Positions 56,124 to 64,000 of a stretch of DNA of 64,000 nt are shown in pieces. The notes beneath the pieces were generated by a model. The model worked only from the letters and a program-made list of their open reading frames with translations. It had not been told where the DNA came from and made no database searches. How positions within the stretch are numbered: the first letter of the stretch is position 1; every line of letters starts with the position of its first letter. Where the stretch lies: assembly GCA_016187515.1 (NCBI GenBank), contig JACPJN010000009.1:132891-196890 (forward strand), written 5' to 3'. This DNA is from Candidatus Uhrbacteria bacterium. GTDB lineage: Bacteria > Patescibacteriota > Patescibacteriia > GWA2-47-26. Position numbers and translations under genes: made by a program.

Positions 56124-56180
56124 GTGAGATCCCTCGACTTCGCCCCGACTGCGGTCGAGGCTCCGCTCGGGATGACCACG
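56124..56180. repeat. Right terminal inverted repeat of the GIY-YIG element (gtgagatccctcgacttcgccccgactgcggtcgaggctccgctcgggatgaccacg)
   Basis: Reverse complement aligns with 55768-55822 (shared ends GTCATCYCGA ... GAGRGATCTCAC). Confidence 0.7.
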
Positions 56181-56257
56181 TTGTTTGAATTTGAAATTTC
56201 GGTCATTGGTATTTGTTTGTAATTTGTGATTTGTAATTTGGAATTTCAAGAACTGCG

Positions 56258-57601
56258 CTATTTTCGCAGTTCTTGCTCAATATCTTCCGCCTTATCCACC
56301 ACCAAATTCGCGTAATAATTGCAAATACTGCGCGAACAGTTGGGACTGCCCCCGATATAAGCCCGGGAGGCCCTCATCTCCCCTTCTCGGGTTTTGCTCG
56401 ACGCTCCGCCGCGGGCCAGTTTAAGCGCCGCTGCCGTAAAAGCATCTTCAATATTCCAAGGATCCGGCGGATTATGCCCGGTCAGCCGCGCCACTTCCCC
56501 TTCATAAGCCATCCAAGTGTTGGGTAAAAACTGCGCCGGACCCATGGCCCCGCCCCAACCATAAGAGGGCGCGCGGGAGACCGGGGTGGTATCCGGATCG
56601 CGCCCGAGTTTGGCGGTAATCGCCTTAAAGGCCTCGTGATCGCGCGGATGCATATCCTTTTTCCAGTTCCCTTTCCCCACGTTCAGTCCCAAACGCGACT
56701 CCACCTCTAAGACGGCGATCAAAAATGAAGTGCGCACCCCGGCCCGAATCGCCGCGAGCTCTCCAAAACGCACCGCCTCTTCCGCGGAAATGCCGGCCTG
56801 CTGCAAATAAGTAATCTGCTCCTTAATCTTATCCAAATCCTGTTTTTTGGTGGCAATCGTGCCAATCAGTTTGCCTTTTTCCTTCTCAATTTGAGCGAGC
56901 AGCTTGGTCTGCTGGCCCTTGCGCTTGGCCACGGTTTCCTTCTGGGATTCCTCAATCCGCTTTAAGCGTTCCTGGGCTTGTTTTTCCTCCACAATTTCAT
57001 CGCGAATCTGTTCTAACTCGCCCTTTGTCTCTTTAAGGCCGCCTAATACATCTTTCAGTCCGACGTGCAGCTGCTCCAGCTCGCTTAACGCCAAAAACAT
57101 TTCGGAGAGGCGCTGCGCCTCCGCGAAACGCAAGAGCAGCGGGGCTTCCTCCCGCGCGCGCAAAAAACGCAGCGAGGCGCCCAGCCGGTCCCGGGCGGCC
57201 TGCAGCTTGTCCGTGACCTCGCCAATCTTGGCTTCGGTCTGCTTAAGCTTATAGCCGGACTGCTCAATCGCCAGTTTCAGACCGCGAATTTCCAATTCGC
57301 TTTGGGCGATTTTTGCCTTCAGAATTTCTATGTCATTCTGGACCGAGGCGCCCTTATTTTTCCGTTCATCCACTTGCTTCCAGTATTCCGAGATTTGATT
57401 TTCGATCTCCGCGATCTGCTGCTGCCTCGTTTCAATCAACTGCGCAATATCCGCCGGGGTCTCGGCACGCGCCGGCAAAGGCGCGACAAACGTCGCGACT
57501 ATGGGAATAATGAATAATGAATAATGAATTAGGGGATTGAATCGTCGTTTCAGCCAACTCAACCCATAATTCCTAATTCTTAATTCCTGATTCCTATTCA
57601 T
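56258..57601 (-). CDS. Lytic murein transglycosylase (MltB/Slt-like catalytic domain) with N-terminal coiled-coil
   Basis: C-terminal YGWGGAMGPAQFLPNTW matches the MltB-type motif; long coiled-coil; signal peptide. Confidence 0.65.
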   Translation of the reverse strand: MNRNQELRIRNYGLSWLKRRFNPLIHYSLFIIPIVATFVAPLPARAETPADIAQLIETRQQQIAEIENQISEYWKQVDERKNKGASVQNDIEILKAKIAQSELEIRGLKLAIEQSGYKLKQTEAKIGEVTDKLQAARDRLGASLRFLRAREEAPLLLRFAEAQRLSEMFLALSELEQLHVGLKDVLGGLKETKGELEQIRDEIVEEKQAQERLKRIEESQKETVAKRKGQQTKLLAQIEKEKGKLIGTIATKKQDLDKIKEQITYLQQAGISAEEAVRFGELAAIRAGVRTSFLIAVLEVESRLGLNVGKGNWKKDMHPRDHEAFKAITAKLGRDPDTTPVSRAPSYGWGGAMGPAQFLPNTWMAYEGEVARLTGHNPPDPWNIEDAFTAAALKLARGGASSKTREGEMRASRAYIGGSPNCSRSICNYYANLVVDKAEDIEQELRK

Positions 57602-57702
57602 CTCGCTAATAGCCATAGTGCCGATTAGGATTAGTGCCCTAGTATACCACATTTCTACAAACACAAAAAGCGCCCCGGCGGAGCGTGTCTTACGGCCTCC
57701 CG

Positions 57703-58092
57703 TTACTTAAGGGACAGCTTATCTTTAATCTTCTTCACGATATCTTCCAATTTCCAGTCCAGCTTCATCAGATAATCTTGGTAAGCAACACCGCTCTCCT
57801 TGGCTGCCGCTACGGCAGCCGCGTCGCTTAAATTGGTGAGGACCATGACCGGGACGCGCGCGCCCCACTGATCTTGCCGCAACGCCTTGAGCATGGTGAT
57901 GCCGTCCATCTTGGGCATCAGTAGATCCAGGAGAATCAGATCCGGCTGGCGCGCCAGCGCTTCCGCCAGACCGGCCGCGCCATCCGCTGCCGTAAATACA
58001 GAAAATCCCTCCCGCGCCAGCTGGGTTTTGAAAATCTCGCGCAGGAGCGTCTCGTCTTCAACGATCAAAATCTTTTTTACGGCTTCCTCCAT
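57703..58092 (-). CDS. Response-regulator receiver domain protein (CheY-like)
   Basis: ILIVEDE ... LILLDLLMPKMDG ... receiver-domain motifs. Confidence 0.85.
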   Translation of the reverse strand: MEEAVKKILIVEDETLLREIFKTQLAREGFSVFTAADGAAGLAEALARQPDLILLDLLMPKMDGITMLKALRQDQWGARVPVMVLTNLSDAAAVAAAKESGVAYQDYLMKLDWKLEDIVKKIKDKLSLK

Positions 58093-58101
58093 ATATGCCC
58101 A

Positions 58102-59370
58102 TTAGTATTGACCGCCGGCCACGGGCAAGGTGACATAAAACGTGGTCCCTTCCCGCTCTTTGGATTCAAATCGAATGGACCCCCCGGCGCGATCAACAAT
58201 CGCTTTCACGATATAGAGTCCCAATCCTACTCCATCGGGATCGGCCTTTCTCACATTATCAGCCCTAAACAATTTTGTAAAGACCCGCGCTTGTTGGTCC
58301 TGGGGAATTCCCAAACCGGTATCGGACACGGCAATAACCACCGCGCCCTTTTTAAAAGAGATCGCTAGGGTGATCTTCCCTCCCGGGGGAGTATATTTTA
58401 CGGCATTGCCAAGGAGATGGTGAAAAATAATTCGGAGGAATTCCGGATCAAACTCCACCATCGGCGCCGCGCGACTGTAGCGCTCCTCTATTTTCAGCTT
58501 TTTTTCCTTAATTGCAAGCGTGAGCGCGTGGATCACTTGCGAAGCGATCTCCTGAACCTGCAGAGGTTCCGACTGCATGATCAGCGTGCTAATCTCGATT
58601 CGCGCCGTGATCAGGAGATCGTTGACAAGCGCGATCAGCCGTTCATTACTATATTCTATTTTCTCCAAATAATCCCGCTGCGCCCGCCGGAGGGGTCCGG
58701 CATCACCGGCAAGCAGTACTTCGGTATACCATTTCGCGGCAGAAAGGGGGGTGCGAATCCGGTGCGTGGCCAGCGCGATAAATTCATTTCTCGCGCGCTT
58801 GGCTTCCTGCCATTTTGCAAGATTCATAAGGAGGAACACGGCAAACCCCATCATACTTCCGGTGATGACGATAAGAGCGATGATAATCAACGCGCCCGAT
58901 CGGTGCAAAATAGCGGCCTCCTCGCGCTCGACGCCCTTGGCCAGACGAAAGGCATCCGCAACCATCGTGCGCGTTTCCGCCAAAAGCTGACCCAAAAGCT
59001 GGTTGCGGCGCGCCAGATCCGGCTCTCCCGTCAGCTGCGTAAAAATCGCTTTCAACCCTTGGTGTCCCTCCTTCAGGTCATAAAGCACGATCTGCTCTGA
59101 CGAGGCATTAAACACCGCCGACCTTAAAAACGCCCCGATGGACTCATGCTTCAAAATCCACCGCGTACGCTCCGCGACAGTCGGATCCAGCAGAAAATTA
59201 TAGGTAATGACGTTGAGCGCGGAAACCTCGCGGATCACTCCATCGGTGATGCTTCTTTTTACGCTGGCCTCTTTTTGCTGACGCGCCGCGAAAAAAAGCA
59301 TCGCGCCGATGCCGATGGCCAATAAAATCGAGAATGCCGCGGTGAGTTGTACCTTCGCTTTGGTATTCAC
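58102..59370 (-). CDS. Sensor histidine kinase
   Basis: H-box ATHRIRTPLSAA; N and G boxes (HHLLGNAVKYT, GLGLGLYIVK); N-terminal TM sensor. Confidence 0.85.
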   Translation of the reverse strand: MNTKAKVQLTAAFSILLAIGIGAMLFFAARQQKEASVKRSITDGVIREVSALNVITYNFLLDPTVAERTRWILKHESIGAFLRSAVFNASSEQIVLYDLKEGHQGLKAIFTQLTGEPDLARRNQLLGQLLAETRTMVADAFRLAKGVEREEAAILHRSGALIIIALIVITGSMMGFAVFLLMNLAKWQEAKRARNEFIALATHRIRTPLSAAKWYTEVLLAGDAGPLRRAQRDYLEKIEYSNERLIALVNDLLITARIEISTLIMQSEPLQVQEIASQVIHALTLAIKEKKLKIEERYSRAAPMVEFDPEFLRIIFHHLLGNAVKYTPPGGKITLAISFKKGAVVIAVSDTGLGIPQDQQARVFTKLFRADNVRKADPDGVGLGLYIVKAIVDRAGGSIRFESKEREGTTFYVTLPVAGGQY

Positions 59371-59474
59371 AGTGGATTAAGTATACACCTAATCGCCGCT
59401 CTTTTCAACTCACCGGCCGCTTGTGGATAAATCACAATTTTGATATAATACCCAAGCGCCAAACGAATAATAAT

Positions 59475-60644
59475 ATGCCCAGGTACTCAAAACCACTGCC
59501 ATGGGGTATTGCCGCGGGGCTTTTCCTGCTTACGCTTGCCGGTGGACTCACCATCTACACGCTCATCAACCGGCCAGAAGCTCCGGCGCTGCCCCCCTAT
59601 CTTCTCTACAATTCAACCCTGCGGTTTGAACCGGAATCCGGTCTTATCGAACTGGCCTCCCTTGCTCCCTACCGGGTGGATATTCGCGTTAACCCCGGGG
59701 GAGAGGCAATCAACGCCGCTGGAGTGCTGGTCGAGTATGACCCGGAGATGGTCATGGTTTCCGAGATTGATACGACGCGCTCATTTTGCGGTCAGGATTT
59801 TTTCCTGGAAAAAACCATAGATCAGCAGCAAGGACGCGTGAATATATCCTGCATTGCTCCTGGCGCGGGCTTTTCCGGACCGGACGCCACGGTCGCCGCC
59901 CTCCGTATCAAACCCTTGCGCGAAGGAACTTTTAGTTTGCGCTTCAATAAGGAAACCCACATCTTGGCCGCGGACGGCTTGGGCACGAATGTCTTGCGCA
60001 CCACCACCAATGGGAGCTATCGCGTCGCGCGTATAGGGACAGCGCTAGAAACAGCGCAGAATAACCATCTCGCCGCCCCACTGGTGGTGTCTGACTCGCA
60101 CCCCAATAGTGAACGCTGGTATCCGCGTACCAGTGTGCGTCTTTCCTGGGATAAAGCCGCTCCGGGGGAAGTGTATCGCTACGCGCTAGATCGTCTGCCG
60201 GATACGGCGCCTTCCGAAGGGCGCACCGTAGCGGGAGATACCATCACTCTGCAAATCGAGCGCGACGGAATATATTATTTCCATATCGCGCGCCAAAAAA
60301 ATAACCGGCTCGGACCGGCTACTCATTTTAAATTCATGGTGGATGCCACCCCGCCCCATCCTCCGGCAATCAAAGCCAGCGCCGCCGCGGTGACGGCGAA
60401 TGAAACCGTACGACTGGAATTTTCCAGTCAGGATGAAGCCAGCGGCCTGCAATCGCGCTACTTTTACGTAAAACTTGATGAGGGGGTATTTCTGCCCGTT
60501 GCCTCCCCGCTCTATGTGGCGTTCTCCGAGCCGGGCAGTCATACGGTTACGGTACGCGCCTTTGACAACGCCGGTAACAGCCGCGATGCCAGTAAAATCA
60601 TCACGATAAAACTCCGCCCGTGGTTACAGCGCCTGAAACTGTAA
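59475..60644 (+). CDS. Signal-anchored surface protein with cohesin-like N-terminal domain
   Basis: Start trimmed to MPRYSKPLPWG; shares domain blocks with 60647..62449. Confidence 0.5.
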   Translation: MPRYSKPLPWGIAAGLFLLTLAGGLTIYTLINRPEAPALPPYLLYNSTLRFEPESGLIELASLAPYRVDIRVNPGGEAINAAGVLVEYDPEMVMVSEIDTTRSFCGQDFFLEKTIDQQQGRVNISCIAPGAGFSGPDATVAALRIKPLREGTFSLRFNKETHILAADGLGTNVLRTTTNGSYRVARIGTALETAQNNHLAAPLVVSDSHPNSERWYPRTSVRLSWDKAAPGEVYRYALDRLPDTAPSEGRTVAGDTITLQIERDGIYYFHIARQKNNRLGPATHFKFMVDATPPHPPAIKASAAAVTANETVRLEFSSQDEASGLQSRYFYVKLDEGVFLPVASPLYVAFSEPGSHTVTVRAFDNAGNSRDASKIITIKLRPWLQRLKL

Positions 60645-60646
60645 CT

Positions 60647-62449
60647 TCAGCGCACCTCTTTTTCAACATCGGACAGCTCTTTTTGCACGACTCGTTCGAT
60701 CTCGTCAAAATCCCGCTTAAGCTGCCGGATCAGCTTGGTCTCCTCCGTCGTGAGCTCGCGCTTGGTTTTGGCGCGCTCAAGCAATTGAATCTGTTTGCCG
60801 ATATTGCCGCGCAGCGTTTTGAAAGACGCGTGCAATACCGCTTCAACCTCGCTCACCTCTTTCCTTATTTTTTTTCTGAACTTCGTAAACCGATACCAGG
60901 CGTAAATAAGAATCGCGGCCAGCAGAAAAAGCAGGGCGAGCAGGGTAATCACGACCGAAAGGTAAGTCACCACCAGCGACCCGACGCGCAAAAGCGGCCG
61001 CTGTCGCGCTAAAATCGTAAGCGGCGCCGATCGTTCGCTTTTCGCGCCGCGGCTGTCAGTTACTTGCGCGGCAATGGTGTAGAGACCGGCTTTAAGCCGT
61101 GTCGGCCAGATTAAAACAAACGCGCCGTTTTGATCGCTTTCCGCTTCACTCCATTCTTCCCGGCCATCTTCCGCGACAACCACCACGGACACCCGGGAGT
61201 TTGGATACGCTTTGCCCGCGACCTTCAGCGCCTCTCCCTCGGGAAGTTCGGAAGGATACCGCGTAATCTCCGGAACGGTCAGCGAACGCACGGTAAACTC
61301 TTCCGCCGCGACCGTAACATTGCCCGCATAATCAAACGCTTGGATTACCAGCGTGTGCGGTCCCGGCTCTTGCGGCGCGATCGCTTTATATATTCCGTCC
61401 CGCATTTCTTCCGGACGCACCCGTACCGCGTCCTGCTCGCCAATTGTCATCACATAGTACTCAATGCCCGAGGCGGCATCCGCCGCTGAAAATCGCACCG
61501 GCGGGCTGGGAATTTCCGACTCCTTACCTTCCGGAAAGGTAATCACAAAAGGATCCGGGGGCGTAGTATCAATCTGGAATCGAAAATGAGAAATCGCGCC
61601 CCAGCCGCGGGCATTGCGCAGACGGAGGTGGAAATACCAGGTGCCCTCCTCCACGTCCTCGTAGGTATACGCTGAAAATAATCCATCCGAACGTGTCCCC
61701 GGATCCGTGTTTGGATTGCGATCCGCAAGCACATTGACCCCGGTGATACCGGAGGACGATAGCCATGAAAAGGTGGCGGTTTTCTTGGCGTACCAGCGAT
61801 TGGGATCCGGATGAGTGGAAGAGGACACCTGGGGAGCCGCCGGCACGCCCGCTGCTGGCACCGGCGTGGTTGCCTCCGGCGCCGCCGGCCCGGTAACCGG
61901 AACTTCCAGGGCAAAACTTGCGCTTCCTAAACTTGATAAAATATTGGTCCCCTTGCCGTCATTAGCTAAAACCGAACCGGAAGAAAAATTTAAAGGCGCC
62001 GCTCCAGCCGCCTTAACGCGGAAAGTGACGCCAAGAATTTTCCCGGAAGCGCCGGTAAATCCCGGATTTAACACAATACCTTCAAAACTAACCGTGCCGG
62101 CCGAATTATTAAACACCGGCTCTTGAACCCACAAGCTGAAAATCGAGCCGGTTTTAGAAAGAGCGGTAATTTCCAGTTTGTCTTGCGGGAAGGAGATTGC
62201 GCCGGAAGCCGCGTTCACCGCCCGATCCGCGCTTGAGATCCCGACGGTTACCGAAAATGTCTTGCCGACATTATAAGAACCCGCGGAGGGCGAAATATAC
62301 AGCGCCGCCGCCTGCGCGGCTGAACCCACACTAAATGACACTAATAATAAACTAAAGCACACGAAAAAATTCGCTACCGCTCGTGTTTTTATTCGTGCGG
62401 ATTTGTGTTTTTCCTTTGTTTTTTCCTCCATAGCGCTCGCCACCCCCAT
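60647..62449 (-). CDS. Surface protein paralog (cohesin-like domain, Ig-like repeats, C-terminal TM anchor plus cytoplasmic coiled-coil tail)
   Basis: Block similarity to 59475..60644 (HPNSERWYPRTSVRLSW versus HPDPNRWYAKKTATFSW). Confidence 0.5.
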   Translation of the reverse strand: MGVASAMEEKTKEKHKSARIKTRAVANFFVCFSLLLVSFSVGSAAQAAALYISPSAGSYNVGKTFSVTVGISSADRAVNAASGAISFPQDKLEITALSKTGSIFSLWVQEPVFNNSAGTVSFEGIVLNPGFTGASGKILGVTFRVKAAGAAPLNFSSGSVLANDGKGTNILSSLGSASFALEVPVTGPAAPEATTPVPAAGVPAAPQVSSSTHPDPNRWYAKKTATFSWLSSSGITGVNVLADRNPNTDPGTRSDGLFSAYTYEDVEEGTWYFHLRLRNARGWGAISHFRFQIDTTPPDPFVITFPEGKESEIPSPPVRFSAADAASGIEYYVMTIGEQDAVRVRPEEMRDGIYKAIAPQEPGPHTLVIQAFDYAGNVTVAAEEFTVRSLTVPEITRYPSELPEGEALKVAGKAYPNSRVSVVVVAEDGREEWSEAESDQNGAFVLIWPTRLKAGLYTIAAQVTDSRGAKSERSAPLTILARQRPLLRVGSLVVTYLSVVITLLALLFLLAAILIYAWYRFTKFRKKIRKEVSEVEAVLHASFKTLRGNIGKQIQLLERAKTKRELTTEETKLIRQLKRDFDEIERVVQKELSDVEKEVR

Positions 62450-63024
62450 AAAACCGCCAGGGTGCTTATCCCCATTATAACCCATTTAAGATAATTAGCA
62501 TACCCGGCCCGGGACGGGCGGACCGCCTCTTTAATGGAAAGTGTAAGCGGCGCTCTCGTCAGCGGCGCGGGCGTGCCGGCTCCGTCGTTTATCAGCGCCC
62601 GATCTTGACGCGCGGTAATCTCCGCCTCGCCGGCTTTTTTAGCCCGAAGCACCAGCGAGAAAAGATATATTCGGCTGCCGCTGAATCCGCCAGGCGTAAT
62701 TCCGGAAAACTCCACCCCGGAAGCGGACGGATGCGGCCGCTCAATCCATATGCTAATCATGGAATTATCTTCACGCACCCCTTGGAGTTCAAGAAGTTTG
62801 GGGTATACCACTACGCCCTCCACCGCGTTTATTTCCTCACCCTGCGTATCAAGAAACACCCCGACCTCCGTGATCCTCCCGCTTTCCAGCTCTTGAGCTG
62901 GCGCGCCAAAATACAACTCCGCACCATTGGCAGGAATAAGGAATAGGGAATTAAGAATAATGGACAGAAAAAATCCCAACAATAATCGCCGTACGTTTTT
63001 CATAATTCCTAATTCATACTTCAT
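62389..63024 (-). CDS. Signal-anchored cohesin-like domain protein
   Basis: AELYFGAPAQELESGRITEVGVFLDTQGEEINAVEGVVVYP is cohesin-like. Confidence 0.4.
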   Translation of the reverse strand: MKYELGIMKNVRRLLLGFFLSIILNSLFLIPANGAELYFGAPAQELESGRITEVGVFLDTQGEEINAVEGVVVYPKLLELQGVREDNSMISIWIERPHPSASGVEFSGITPGGFSGSRIYLFSLVLRAKKAGEAEITARQDRALINDGAGTPAPLTRAPLTLSIKEAVRPSRAGYANYLKWVIMGISTLAVLWGWRALWRKKQRKNTNPHE

Positions 63025-63034
63025 AATTCCAAAA

Positions 63035-63991
63035 TTAGCCCGTCCAATAAAACGCCATTATTGAAAAATCCACCAGATCAACTTTGCCGTCGCCGTTTAA
63101 GTCAATCGCTGCCGGCGGAGCAGGTCTTTTATACCAATATGCCGCGATAGAAAAATCAATTAGATTCACTCGGCCATCCGCGTTCAAATCGCCTTTTATA
63201 AACTCCCGCGCGACTTTGGCGACATTTTTCGCGCCAACCAAAAAACTTATGGACTTGCTGAAAGAACTGATTCCGCCGCTGGACGCGCTTTTTGATCGTG
63301 TAAAATGCTGTTCCATCGCTAAGGGCGAGGTGTCAAAATTGTATAAATACACGCCCTCCTGGTCCGCGGGCGTTTTCGCGAAAAACTCCTCGTCGGAATT
63401 TACCGCGATCGTAATCTCGGCATTGGGCGCGCTTTGTCCGAAAATCGCGATGTTATCGCCCCGTTTCACCTCGCTTTTATCCACCGCGATGGTGGGCGCG
63501 ATAAAAATACCGCCCACATTAGTGGTGGCGCCGGAAGTTACGCTGATTGGAAAAGTTAAAAGAGATGAGCGTATGCCTTTGCTGTCTTCGCTGTAAACAG
63601 AAAAAATATAATTTCCGCCCGAGATGTCGGAAACGCTTACTTGAAAAGCGGCGTCCGCGCCGGCAATGGTAGAGGCCGCAATCTGGGCGTCCTTAAGCAG
63701 GGTAACCGTGCTTTTCGGGTAGGCGCGGCCGGAAAAAACCACTTGGGCTGCAATCGGCGGAGAAACCGCGCCCCCTCCTCCCCCGCCTCCGCCTCCTCCG
63801 GCGGAAGTGGTGACCGGCGCGGCCGGAGTAGCTGAAACTTGAGCGGAGCTTGCCGCGGTTTCAGTCGCGGCTTGGGCTTGCACGACAAAATAGTAGGTGG
63901 TGCCATTTACCAGTCCGGTTTTAGTAAAGGCCAAAACATTGCCTACTGATTCGTACGTATATGGTCCGCCGGACACTGTGGCGGTGCCCAC
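63035..63991 (-). CDS. Dockerin-containing surface protein (two DxNxDGxVNxxD-type Ca-binding repeats at the C-terminus); the N-terminus may extend past the window
   Basis: IKGDLNADGRVNLIDFSIAAYWYKR...IDLNGDGKVDLVDFSIMAFYW matches dockerin type I repeats. Confidence 0.55.
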   Translation of the reverse strand: MGTATVSGGPYTYESVGNVLAFTKTGLVNGTTYYFVVQAQAATETAASSAQVSATPAAPVTTSAGGGGGGGGGGAVSPPIAAQVVFSGRAYPKSTVTLLKDAQIAASTIAGADAAFQVSVSDISGGNYIFSVYSEDSKGIRSSLLTFPISVTSGATTNVGGIFIAPTIAVDKSEVKRGDNIAIFGQSAPNAEITIAVNSDEEFFAKTPADQEGVYLYNFDTSPLAMEQHFTRSKSASSGGISSFSKSISFLVGAKNVAKVAREFIKGDLNADGRVNLIDFSIAAYWYKRPAPPAAIDLNGDGKVDLVDFSIMAFYWTG

Positions 63992-64000
63992 GCGATAGTT

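Noticed and set aside
1-64000. rRNA genes, transposase or integrase genes
   Set aside because: No rRNA-like conserved stretches are present. No ORF has DDE-transposase or tyrosine/serine recombinase motifs despite the tRNA-associated anomalies and the many repeats. The palindromic elements appear non-autonomous, except possibly the GIY-YIG unit.

Overview
This 64 kb contig comes from an uncultivated, moderately GC-rich bacterium whose intergenic regions are AT-rich. Almost all genes run on the minus strand; 34531..35187 and 59475..60644 are the only convincing plus-strand CDSs. I can support about 75 CDSs, five tRNAs (Ser-GGA, Gln-CTG, Gln-TTG, Thr-CGT, Pro-CGG), no rRNA and no CRISPR array.

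Genes I can recognise:
- A large copper and thiol-redox neighbourhood (3.5-21.5 kb): a CopB-type P1B-ATPase, a CsoR regulator, a Met-rich secreted protein, two CcdA/DsbD-like thiol transporters, thioredoxin-like proteins, trxB, glutaredoxin, an ArsR regulator and a BlaI/BlaR1 pair.
- Housekeeping genes: gpsA, an FGGY kinase, tsaC, ftsEX, rlpA, pilT, an M23 peptidase, a PCD/DCoH dehydratase and an aldo/keto reductase.
- An AbiEi/AbiEii toxin-antitoxin pair, a GIY-YIG nuclease, a DUF559 endonuclease, a two-component system and a cohesin/dockerin surface-protein cluster.

The most unusual feature is a dense population of short GC-rich palindromic elements. At least four sequence families are present, many of them inserted in-frame inside unrelated conserved genes (copB, gpsA, the glycerol-kinase-like gene, ccdA, tsaC, the M23 peptidase and others), where they add peptides such as PSPxx[13 protein letters not shown] and SSIVPSMEL. 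This resembles Rickettsia palindromic elements. One family appears to have an autonomous copy: the GIY-YIG nuclease gene is bracketed by that family's terminal inverted repeats.

Other anomalies:
- A tRNA-Thr gene enclosed by a 17-bp inverted repeat and followed by an orphan tRNA 3' half.
- A diverged duplicate of the GT4 glycosyltransferase 5' end that marks the far edge of an inserted region. That region holds the AbiE pair and a four-gene operon of cysteine-rich secreted proteins plus outer-membrane-like proteins of unknown function.
- A promoter-to-terminator small-RNA candidate at 43.7-43.9 kb.
- A long nested-hairpin RNA candidate at 2.47-2.60 kb.
- A ~0.5 kb tandem duplication that breaks the frame of a giant surface-protein gene.
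- Short 7-9 nt simple-sequence repeats upstream of many genes.

Every protein call is based on reading motifs in the supplied translations; no database searches were run.
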